A stretch of 64,000 bases of DNA from Arenicellales bacterium (GCA_963662635.2 CAXXFC010000004.1:8559-72558); one strand, 5' to 3'; counted from the first letter of the stretch, positions 19,491 through 28,582 are shown. Notes: generated from the letters alone by a model not told the origin. Program-made: numbers and translations.

Positions 19491-20377
19491 TGGCGATTTT
19501 GATCGACAGGGATACAGCTGTAATCGTCCAGGGATTTACCGGACAGACCGGTACATTCCACTCGATGGAAATGATTGAGTATGGAACGAATATTGTCGGC
19601 GGTGTTACGCCGGGAAAAGGCGGAACCACAAATTTGAACAGACCAGTGTTTGACACCATGCGCGAAGCTGTACAGGCGACAGGTGCAACGGCAAGCATTT
19701 CGTTCATCCCACCGCCATTTGCAGCAGACGGCATCATGGAAGCAGCTGATGCAGGAATCAAATATTGTGTTTGTATTTCTGATGGCATACCGGCTCACGA
19801 CATGATTCGTGTGAAGCGCTATATGCGTCGTTACAGAGCGAAGGACAAAATGATCCTGACCGGGCCAAATTGCGCTGGCACAATCAGTCCAGGTAAATCA
19901 ATGTTGGGAATCATGCCTTCGCACATCTACAAGGAGGGCTTCGTTGGAATAATTGGAAGGTCTGGAACATTGGGATACGAAGCAGCTTCGCAGTTGAAAG
20001 CCCATGGTATCGGAGTCTCGACCAGTGTGGGCATAGGCGGTGATCCGATTAACGGTAGTTCCTTTCGGGATCATCTCGAGCGATTTGAAGAAGATCCGCA
20101 AACCAAGCTGGTCGTGATTATTGGCGAAATTGGCGGACCTCAGGAAACAGAGGCTGCTGCTTTTTTTCGTGACCATATGAAAACCCCCGTTGTCGGATAC
20201 ATTGCAGGTCTGACAGCGCCCAAAGGGCGACGTATGGGACACGCTGGTGCAATCATCTCAGCCTTTGGAGAAAGTGCCGCGGAAAAAGTTGAGATTCTCA
20301 CGGAATGTGGAGTCAAAGTTGTACCCAGTCCGGCGGAATTTGCTGAGACAATTTCAGAGGAATTGGAGAAACTTTAA
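19490..20377 (+). CDS. mtkB: malate--CoA ligase alpha subunit / SucD paralogue
   Basis: ORF 19454..20377. Start placed at [24 protein letters not shown], whose ATG overlaps the mtkA stop (TAATG at 19488..19492). CoA-ligase alpha strings are present (GPNCAG, SRSGTLGYE-like GRSGTLGYE, MGHAGAI). Confidence 0.8.
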   Translation: MAILIDRDTAVIVQGFTGQTGTFHSMEMIEYGTNIVGGVTPGKGGTTNLNRPVFDTMREAVQATGATASISFIPPPFAADGIMEAADAGIKYCVCISDGIPAHDMIRVKRYMRRYRAKDKMILTGPNCAGTISPGKSMLGIMPSHIYKEGFVGIIGRSGTLGYEAASQLKAHGIGVSTSVGIGGDPINGSSFRDHLERFEEDPQTKLVVIIGEIGGPQETEAAAFFRDHMKTPVVGYIAGLTAPKGRRMGHAGAIISAFGESAAEKVEILTECGVKVVPSPAEFAETISEELEKL

Positions 20378-20508
20378 ATTTTGCGGCGATTTCAATTGTG
20401 CAGTGAACAATCTTCAAGATGCTGGAATTGATGCTTGTTGTGTTTTCCTTGAGCTAACCAATATAGAGTAAGGCTAGTAAAAAAAAAATTAATTCAATGC
20501 AAGGATGT

Positions 20509-20758
20509 TTAACTTCTGAATTTTCGGACGTTGCAGAGGTGCTGTGAGCTGCTGGAAGAACAGTTGGTGCCGTGTACGGATAGCGTCAGGTAGCAGAGAT
20601 CGTCGATGATCAGCAGCGTGGTTCGGGTGTAAAAACATAGCTTGGACTGATCTGTTTGGCGCGCTGCGCCAGTGAGTCGATCAGTTCGGCCAGCGTGCAC
20701 CGGTACACGCTATTGCCAGCCTTGAACGCACAGATTCCGAGCACACGCAGGCGAGGTA
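20509..20758 (-). mobile_element. decayed fragment of an IS21-family istB (helper ATPase) gene
   Basis: Three minus-strand frames together spell IstB-like segments: LGICAFKAGNSVYRCTLAELIDSLAQRAKQ / TTLLIIDDLCYLTL (Walker B, cf. LLIIDEIGYLP) / QLFFQQL (cf. LFFQVI). Stops and frameshifts lie between them. There is no istA and no full istB. The fragment is locally more GC-rich than its surroundings. Confidence 0.55.
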
Positions 20759-20759
20759 G

Positions 20760-20779
20760 TTATGTGGAACTCCACATAA
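20760..20779. repeat. 20-bp palindrome ttatgtgga-ac-tccacataa next to the IS remnant
   Basis: Read directly: the 9-bp arms are perfectly complementary with a 2-nt centre. Located between the istB relic and the stop of the 20863..22131 gene. Confidence 0.7.
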
Positions 20780-20862
20780 CCATCTAGCTGGCTCAGTGGG
20801 CCCAGTTGCTTCATTTCCAAATGCTTCTTAAATCTGATTCGGATTGTTGTAATTTCGTCGCT

Positions 20863-22131
20863 CTACTCGATAGGTTCCCCCCATACTTGAAGAACTTCGT
20901 TGATCGCTTCAACTAATTTGTCAACGAGATTTCCCTTGTTCTCCCATTCAATTATTGTGTCGAGACAGCAATCGTAAGAAAGTTCAAATCTAGGGCTTAT
21001 GTTCATCTGGTTATATTCGTTTTCTATCACGTCGTTAACTATCGCCATATCATCTTCAGTCAGTAGTGGTGGTAAAATCTGTTGCCATTGATTGACAATA
21101 TTCATAAACCCGTCTGCATTGTGCTGGCCTATTTGGCACTGATTCTCGGCAAAATATTCCCAGTAATCTTCGCATTCTTTATTAGTCTTGGTTTCGCATA
21201 CAGACCAAGCACGTGATATGCGGAGATTTGGCACAATTTTCCAACCGTGGTTGCCAAGATCCATGAATTGGTCTTGATTTGCGTTGTTGAAAAAGCGACG
21301 AGCCTGTTCAACTTTAACCCCAGGCCACAATCTTACAGTGAGTAGATTCTGCTTCGCACTACGCCAAATACATATGTATTCAGCAATAGTGTTTGGTCGG
21401 TACAAACAGTTATTCTTGCGCTCAGTCTCATTCACATGCCCCACGATTTCGTTCAGTAGTAGATTTATCCTTCGATCTAATGCTATATCACCTTTACAAA
21501 GACGAAATGTTCTGTACGGAGTCAGATTGAGGTTTTTTTTACCACCGAAACGCTCCACATAAGACAAAAAGTCAACTATTAATTTACGAGCAGTAAAGTT
21601 GGAGAAATTTAATTGCATGTATTCAAGTAAACTTTCCAAAAGTCCTGACCACTCCAAAAATACCGGTTGCTTCACGAGTTCGATAGCGTCGATATCTTCT
21701 ACTGGGTTTTGTGACGGATTCAGTTGCTCACAACAAATATCCTCGCGTGAAGGTTTGTTTTCGATAATCAGAGTTGTTCCGTCCGGATATTCGATCACTC
21801 CATCGTATATTGCATTTTCAAGTCTCCATGTAATTTTTATGTCTTGTTGACAATCACTTACGTCATCAGTAATTAGAACTGACACAATGCGAGTTGTTTT
21901 AGCCTCATCAAAACGTCCTTTTTGTGTGACCACACTAACTTGACCCAAAGATGAATTGACAATAGCATTGTCTTCACATAACTTAGATTCCACTAGGTTT
22001 CGAAAAAACCACTGAAAGAATGGGATAGACTCGATGACACACAAGAAAGCCCAAGTTAATCTGTCTTCGTGATATTTGTTATTGTCATGACGTGCTCTTA
22101 CAGGGTTAAACAGTTCTGGCCTTCTTTTCAT
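20863..22131 (-). CDS. hypothetical protein with a PD-(D/E)xK nuclease-like motif set
   Basis: 422-aa ORF with a good RBS (GAGGAG 5 nt before the ATG). Motifs: helix HEDRLTWAFLCVIE (E22), then YDGVIEYPDGTTLIIENKP (D110 ... E124-N-K126). AT-rich. I cannot name a family. Confidence 0.45.
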   Translation of the reverse strand: MKRRPELFNPVRARHDNNKYHEDRLTWAFLCVIESIPFFQWFFRNLVESKLCEDNAIVNSSLGQVSVVTQKGRFDEAKTTRIVSVLITDDVSDCQQDIKITWRLENAIYDGVIEYPDGTTLIIENKPSREDICCEQLNPSQNPVEDIDAIELVKQPVFLEWSGLLESLLEYMQLNFSNFTARKLIVDFLSYVERFGGKKNLNLTPYRTFRLCKGDIALDRRINLLLNEIVGHVNETERKNNCLYRPNTIAEYICIWRSAKQNLLTVRLWPGVKVEQARRFFNNANQDQFMDLGNHGWKIVPNLRISRAWSVCETKTNKECEDYWEYFAENQCQIGQHNADGFMNIVNQWQQILPPLLTEDDMAIVNDVIENEYNQMNISPRFELSYDCCLDTIIEWENKGNLVDKLVEAINEVLQVWGEPIE

Positions 22132-22560
22132 CTCCTCTGTACATTCATCAAATTCGCTTATCGCATACTATGGTAGTAACTTTTTCAATTTTGCCAGTAA
22201 CAGCCCCCAACAGAATAAATCGGTATAACTCTTGTATTGAAAAATATTCACATTGACTGTGAAAAACGACAATGTACCCCGAAACCAAGAATATGAATAG
22301 TGACTTCCGCCAACTACACTTTCGCCCATGTCATCGAGTCAACTCTACAGTAAGCCCCGAATATGGCTGGGATCGCCAGACAGAGGAAACAACACCATTG
22401 CCGGTGGCAGACAATGGCGGAATTGATTCAAAATTTAACATCATTCATGGCGGACGGGGAGATCGTTTGGCCACCGATCATGGAGGTATTTATGCGGAAG
22501 TTTAATCCCTTCAGGTAGGTACCTCCAAAAGAATTTCCACGCGTCAATAATTTATCCTCG

Positions 22561-25532
22561 TCAATTTCGTACAATCGGTTCTGCGCACCATGAACTGCGA
22601 ACTAAATCGACAGACTCAAGGATTGTCGAAGAATGACCAAGTAACTTGACTAGGACAGCTTCATCCAATACCTTTCGTGTTTTGTCGATGTGCGCTTGAT
22701 TGGCTGGTAAGAAAGACCGCTCCTTGAATTCATTAAAGATATCGTTGCACTTTTCCAGTTGTATGTCCGTTAGGGTGCGAGGGTCTAAGACTACCAATTT
22801 ATCGTGTTGAGATACTTGTACCATGGAACGTCCTTGATGTTGTCTGGTTCCCATCCACCAAAATGACAATAAACCCAGCGTGGAATTTGCCCATAACAAT
22901 ATAGGAATTTCCCATTCTCTGTTGTTTAGCACTAAATTTGGCCACGCTCTGCCACCAATTGACTTGGCTGGAGTAATGCACATCGCCAGTGATTGTGATT
23001 TCAGGGAAAAGTCACAGTTGATGTGCAATTGAGTGGCGTATGTATCCCAAAGTTCAACCGCTCGTGCATCGCAGTTTGGTCTGACAAAACATTGGCAATC
23101 CGGCGCGACAACAAGTTGCCGCTCTCGACTGGCATCATGATTCCAAAGAGCTGGATAAAGCGGGGGAGGATCACCTTCGGCCAATAAGACAGGAGCTTTT
23201 TCAAATGGACCTCGTGGTTCATCGTCTTTTTCATGTGGTGCTCCACTGATGTCCAAGTGATGCAATCCTCTCTTGCCGATTTCGTGTAAGCTTGTCATGC
23301 CAATATCCAAGTAATCCGGCATCCGAGGCAGTTTGATGCGTTTGGTCTCACATATTCCTCTTGATACGGGCACTAATGTCTGAACAGAACTTACACCTGC
23401 GCACCCACCTGTATTGAGTGGCGCCGAAACAAAACTGCCAATAGGGTTAGTATTTGAGCACTTGGAAAACTGAATAAGCCCGCCATCTGATTCAGGTAAT
23501 TCGTGAATCAATCTTGCAACAGTAGTTGCCTCCAACAGTGATTGAGGACGGCGATTCAAGTTCACGAATAGAGCATCTTCAGTTCTCTCGTCATCTTCAG
23601 ATTCTCTTTTTGTTGCGACTATCAGCCCTTCCGCCATTCCTGTATCAGCCGAAAACGCCTGACCTTTAACTTCGGAAGTGGCAACCGATATAACGACGAC
23701 ATCCCGATAATTTTCTGCGATCAGTTGTCTGGATTTTCGCCACGCCTCTCCTTGTGTAAATGTGAAAGGAAGAACGAAGGCTAAGTGGCCGTTAGGAGCA
23801 AGTTTTTCGTGGGCTAGATCTAGAAAGTTCGAGGCTAATCCGGCATTGCCATGACCAGCAATCAGACCATTTTTTCTTTTTGACCGAAGTTCAGAATTAA
23901 TGCCCTTCAATAGACGTGACATTTCATATTGTTCCGCTCTTGACGTGTCAAAACCGGCGAAAGAAGGCACTGGAATTCCTAATTTTGCAGTGTCATGTGT
24001 TGTGGGTCGAGTAAATGGGGGTTCATTATGATCACATCTAATGAATTCCGATGAACAGTTATTGTCTCATTGGGATCTTTATCCCGTAACCCTCTGAGTA
24101 TGCCTCGGCCCAGTGAAAACAGAGATTCTGTATCTTGTTCAATCATCAGGTCCAAAGAACCGATTTGCGGGATGTTCTGGTCGTTGAATCCATACGGCAT
24201 TGTTACAATTTTTGTTCCATCGAAAACCACGTTCGGATGTGCATTTGATACGGTTGAGGCTGTTAGGTGGGTAGCCGCTGGCATAATGTCAAATGCCAGT
24301 AAAGAATTATTGACCATCGATGAATGAATCATTGCATCGTCGCATCCTCTTCGTCGATGCTGAGAGAGAATAGTATGATACATCGCTCCGATCAGGGTCC
24401 CAGTGCCGCATGCGAAATCCGCTATCCTAAGTTTCTTGACTTCGTCCGCATCTTGCCAATCGATTTTCGTTCGCAACGCAATCAGCTCTGCAAGCAATAC
24501 CGCAGATTCGGGGCGGGTATAGAAAGTAGCAAGAAATTTTCTATCAGAAATCAATCGCTGAAACATGCGGCCTGACAGATCATTCAGACTCGTTGCTCCA
24601 ATCTCGGCCAGCTCACTGGCTGTGTCATGCAGGCGATTCAAGACCTGATTGGCCTGTTTATTCGGTAATACATCAAGCAAATCTGCAGCGATTTTAAAAA
24701 TTGGCCAATAGTTGACGTTATTTACAATCCATCTCCAACAATCAATGACACTCTTTTTGTGAAGTCCAGTGGAAACCGAGAGGGAACTTAGTGGTTGAAT
24801 GTTCTGCTCACCTTCCAATCGTGAATGAAACATTAACGCATTTGCAATGATGGCAATTGCCATACGGTCAGTTTGATCTCCCTGAGACTGGTGTAAAAAT
24901 TTTGCTATGTTTTCGTGAACTGTTTTCTTTGATGATTTGATCAGGTTTGCAGCCTGTGATACACCTTTTTCTAGGACATCGGTACTTCTTAGAATCAGCG
25001 ATTCAGAAAGGGAAACGACTTCCAGACATTGGCAGAGATCATCTACATCGCCAGTTATCCATCCCTCATCCGGCCATCTTTCAATTTCGCAGTCTTCGGT
25101 AATTGAGTAAACACAGAAAGTGAATTGACATCGTAATATAACGGTGTCAATCGCACTCTGATCGTATGTTCTGAATTCCTTGGGAATTTCAATGGCAAAC
25201 ACATGCTCAATTTTCTTATTGTTTTCCGCAAGACGTTTACCTAGACGAGATTCCGCATCTTTTTCGACAGTACGTGCGGGCAGATATTCAAGTTCAAGTA
25301 TCACAGGTGACCTGTCTTCAGGAGATAGCAGGATATCAGGTTGATGACTTGGATTTTCTTGCAGAACCTGAGTTTGTTCTACTCGAATTGAAGAACGCCA
25401 TCGGGTATTCTTCGTTCGGAGTGCCCGACCGAAAGCATCATTGAAAACTGATTCTGTAGCGGAAGCCATTAATGAATGAAATACTGATTGGCGACGAATA
25501 GATATATTGTGAATTTTGTCTGATAAAAACAT
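22561..25532 (-). pseudogene. ~990-aa gamma-class N6-adenine DNA methyltransferase with large unassigned N- and C-terminal regions, split by a 1-nt frameshift in the NPPF motif (or sequencing error)
   Basis: ORF 23979..25532 has FYTRPESAVLLAEL and RIADFACGTGTLIG (motifs X/I) and ends DVIIMNPHLLDP*. ORF 22561..23970 continues in the neighbouring frame. Adding one C to the C5 run (plus-strand G5 at 24017..24021) gives DVIIMNPPFTRPTTHDTAKLGIPVPSFAGFDTS..., which restores NPPF and one long ORF. Confidence 0.8.
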
Positions 25533-25819
25533 CTATGGTCAGCAGTAGCTGATCGCCCCGTCCACCATGAAAAGGTGATATATCTCAAATCAGCCCATCG
25601 TCTGAGGGAGCCCGAAGACAGCAAGGTTACGGGGATTGCTGTAGGGCTGACCTGATGACAAGCGCGAAAGAGTAGGAAATCGAAATTATTTTCCATTTTC
25701 ATGGGGTAGGGGTGGTTTTGTCTTTTTTTTTACAACTTTGGTGTAAGTATTTTTCAAGGCAAATAGACCGTTGTTCCGCAATCGTTCACACTGGAATGCA
25801 TAGATCAACTGAGTAGTGT

Positions 25820-27601
25820 TTATTCGGCATCTTGGGCGGTATCTTCTTCGATAGATTTGGCGAGCATTCGTCCTGCCAGATCTTCGCCTTTGACTGTTCG
25901 TCGATAGCGCTGGTTCTTGCTGGTTGGCTTATCCGGCAATGTGAGTTCAATCAAGCCAGCTTTGAGGGCGGGCTGCAAGTAGGATTTGGCGAAGTATTTT
26001 CGATGGTTGAGGTTTAGCGCATCCTGCAATTCTGTCCGTCTCATCTCTTTGTCAAGAGCCCCGATCACTCGTTCAACCTGTCGAGTGATCGGGGCGGTAT
26101 CTTGGGCGGTATCTTGGGCGGTATCTTGGGCGGTATCTTGGGCGGTATCTTGGGCGGTATCTTGGGCGGTATCTTGGGCGGTATCTTGGGCGGTATCTTG
26201 GGCGGTATCTTGGGCGGTATCTTGGGCGGTATCTTGGGCGGTATCTTGGGCGGTATCTTGGGCGGTATCTTGGGCGGTATCTTGGGCGGTATCTTGGGCG
26301 GTATCTTGGGCGTTTGATACAACATTCATCTTTGAATGTGCTGGAAGTCGGACTAAAAACGATGTTCGGTAGTCATCACTTTCAAATATAGGCTCCGATG
26401 ATCCATTTTGCCGCATGGCTCTAAATATCTTTGGAACACCGGTTGATCTTCCTTCGGCTAAATCTAATTCCTTTAAAAACTCACCAACACGACGGTTTAG
26501 ATAGCGTCGGTTGACAGCTCGTCCTTTGCGAAGATCTTCCATACGGACAGATCTGTCAGCACCCGGATAGCTGATGATTATTATTTCGTCTGAACTGACA
26601 CGAACTTCCACAGGCTCTCGAATTTCGTATGAGCGGTGGTAGATGGCATTGACTAATGCTTCTTCTATCGCATCAATCGGAAAATTCCAGAATCTTTCCG
26701 CTTCGGGTCTGTCTGGATGTTTGACTACGACTTCTTTCAGATAGTTTCGTTGAATGAAACTAATCGCTTCCCGCAGAATGAGCCATATTGGCCCGCGAAA
26801 TTCCTTTTCTTCAAAGACATCGCCACCCGGGCCATCGGGAAACCATACAACATCTATCTGAGTGACCGGAAAGTAGTTGTGAGGTTGATCGTTAAAGAAA
26901 AGTAACCCCACATTTTTTGGAAACATTGCCTCTGGGGGGCCGCCGACAATATTCATACGTTGCCCCAGGTCACCAATCGAGAGCTGATCTGATTGCGACT
27001 CGAGTTCACTGCCGACCTCTGAAAGATATTGCCGGATGAGTCGATAGGACAAGTCATACAGCGAAGCTATTTGGCAATATCTATCGTCGAAGGGAACCGT
27101 TGCAGCCAGCCCCAGCAACTCATTTTCATCTGAACCCTTTGCGCGAACAGTACTACTATGCTTGCGGATGTAATAGGCCCATTCGGAATTTCTTTTTGAG
27201 AGGTCAACTTTTGCCCTGTAGGGGCGGGTTTCTCCACCGGGAACCCAAAGAACCAAAATAGTACGCCCATTGAAGACATATGTCGCCGTCCGCGAGTGGT
27301 AGTAGGGCTGAATCGCAGAATTTCCGAGATTCAACAATTCTCTTTGTATTGAATCAATCTTGTTCGGATCGATGCCTACCGGCGGCATTGAGGGGCGACC
27401 ATCCCGTGCCTCTACACCTATGACCACGTAACCACCACCGAGATTGTGAAAGTCATTGGCAAATGCACAGATTGTGTGCAGAACGCTCTTTGGATTCCAA
27501 CCCTTCTTGTATTCAATTCGCTCGCCTTCGACCGAGCGTTGACGTATCAAATTTTCAAAGTTGATGGGAAGTTTATTGATCATGGTATAGTCGGCGTGCA
27601 T
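25820..27601 (-). CDS. AlbA_2 (Schlafen-like) + HATPase_c_4-like + C-terminal winged-helix protein ('RecG-like putative transcriptional regulator' family) with an (AQDT)18 insert
   Basis: 593-aa ORF. N-terminus ERIEYKKGWNPKSVLHTICAFANDFHNLGGGYVVIGVE (AlbA_2). Middle ALVNAIYHRSYEIREPVEVRV...EGRSTGVPKIFRAM (HATPase_c_4-like). C-terminus LIELTLPDKPTSKNQRYRRT. Confidence 0.75.
   Translation of the reverse strand: MHADYTMINKLPINFENLIRQRSVEGERIEYKKGWNPKSVLHTICAFANDFHNLGGGYVVIGVEARDGRPSMPPVGIDPNKIDSIQRELLNLGNSAIQPYYHSRTATYVFNGRTILVLWVPGGETRPYRAKVDLSKRNSEWAYYIRKHSSTVRAKGSDENELLGLAATVPFDDRYCQIASLYDLSYRLIRQYLSEVGSELESQSDQLSIGDLGQRMNIVGGPPEAMFPKNVGLLFFNDQPHNYFPVTQIDVVWFPDGPGGDVFEEKEFRGPIWLILREAISFIQRNYLKEVVVKHPDRPEAERFWNFPIDAIEEALVNAIYHRSYEIREPVEVRVSSDEIIIISYPGADRSVRMEDLRKGRAVNRRYLNRRVGEFLKELDLAEGRSTGVPKIFRAMRQNGSSEPIFESDDYRTSFLVRLPAHSKMNVVSNAQDTAQDTAQDTAQDTAQDTAQDTAQDTAQDTAQDTAQDTAQDTAQDTAQDTAQDTAQDTAQDTAQDTAQDTAPITRQVERVIGALDKEMRRTELQDALNLNHRKYFAKSYLQPALKAGLIELTLPDKPTSKNQRYRRTVKGEDLAGRMLAKSIEEDTAQDAE
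26091..26311 (-). repeat. perfect tandem repeat, 12-bp unit gggcggtatctt x 18 plus a 5-nt partial copy, in frame (AQDT)n
   Basis: Counted directly: 216 nt of identical units at 26091..26306, then gggcg. No mismatches at all. Confidence 0.95.
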
Positions 27602-27603
27602 TA

Positions 27604-27712
27604 GAACTGGTTCATCTTCAATAGTGAGTATTCATCCATGAGGCAGATCGTGCAGTCGACACAAACATTTCGTTTAGTTGCAGTTTTCACTAAATTAGCT
27701 CGAACTGGTTCA
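27604..27712. repeat. 11-bp direct repeat gaactggttca (27604..27614 and 27702..27712) just upstream of the AlbA_2 gene start
   Basis: Read directly. The first copy lies 3 nt upstream of the annotated start codon (27599..27601) and the second 98 bp further upstream. Confidence 0.6.
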
Positions 27713-28093
27713 GGCTTGATTGGATTTTTTTGGATGCCTTGAGTGAGAAGAACATCAACCTATTTCCGTCACTTCGAACTTGCTATGAGACAAAAATTTA
27801 TTGATTTCAGCCAGTTGATGTTGAATTATATTCGAACAATACATTCTCACGGTATGGTAAATCCACCCGAACATTCGGATAAACAGTAACTTGAGAGATA
27901 CCGCTGAAATCTTTCGCTATTACCGATATTTGATTCGCACGCCAACACCAAGTTGGATTAATTTCCGATAACGTTATTGAATACACTTGATTCGAAGTAG
28001 TTCTGTAGTTGTATCAGATTGATCGTCTGCCAGCGGAATTGAATTCCTTTTGTTCTCTATAATTCCGAGTTTCATGAATTCACATCAATCGAA

Positions 28094-28450
28094 ATGGGAG
28101 GTCCCGTGACAGAGGAAACAATTTTCAGCAAGATTATCAGAAAGGAAATTCCGGCGGATATCGTCTACGAGGATGATTTAGTGCTGGCATTTCGTGACAT
28201 TGCACCGCAAGCTCCTGTACATTTTCTGATCATACCCAAGAAAGTCATTTCAACAGTGAACGACATATCTGAAGACGATGAGGTGACACTCGGACGATTA
28301 TTTTCAGCTGCTGCCAGGCTTGCGAAAGAGCACGGTGTCGACGAAAGCGGTTATCGCTTGACGGTCAATTGTAATTCTGATGGAAGGCAGGAAGTATTTC
28401 ATTTGCATATGCACCTGATGGGTGGCCGTATGATGCAGCGTATGGGGTAG
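28094..28450 (+). CDS. hinT: histidine triad nucleotide-binding protein (purine nucleoside phosphoramidase)
   Basis: [44 protein letters not shown]...[13 protein letters not shown] closely parallels E. coli HinT. The true start may be the GTG at 28106 (GGAGG 5 nt upstream). Confidence 0.85.
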   Translation: MGGPVTEETIFSKIIRKEIPADIVYEDDLVLAFRDIAPQAPVHFLIIPKKVISTVNDISEDDEVTLGRLFSAAARLAKEHGVDESGYRLTVNCNSDGRQEVFHLHMHLMGGRMMQRMG

Positions 28451-28582
28451 ATATGGTTGACAGCTGATGGGCTGAAGATATTGGATTGAGCATGCTCCAC
28501 AATATTTGAGCGAATATGTTCGGACTCGACAGGTGGGTCAAGAGCAGGGGACTGAATATTCAATCCCGTATTTGTCGGGAAT

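Noticed and set aside
22272-22505. 77-aa ORF in the gap between the MTase and the nuclease-like gene.
   Set aside because: It is on the opposite strand to all island genes, has no RBS, and shows no motif. The 429-nt gap more likely holds the promoter of the 20863..22131 gene.
24017-24021. Programmed ribosomal frameshifting at the C5 run of the MTase.
   Set aside because: There is no slippery heptamer or downstream structure that I can see, and a stop follows 12 codons later. An indel (real or artefactual) is the simpler explanation.
26091-26311. The tandem 12-bp repeat considered as a CRISPR array or iteron array.
   Set aside because: There are no spacers, because the units abut. The 12-bp unit is far shorter than a CRISPR repeat. 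The array is in frame inside a well-supported ORF, and no cas genes are present. The alternative-frame ORFs (25986..26372 AVSW, 26065..26325 PKIP, 26102..26317 GGIL) are by-products of the repeat.
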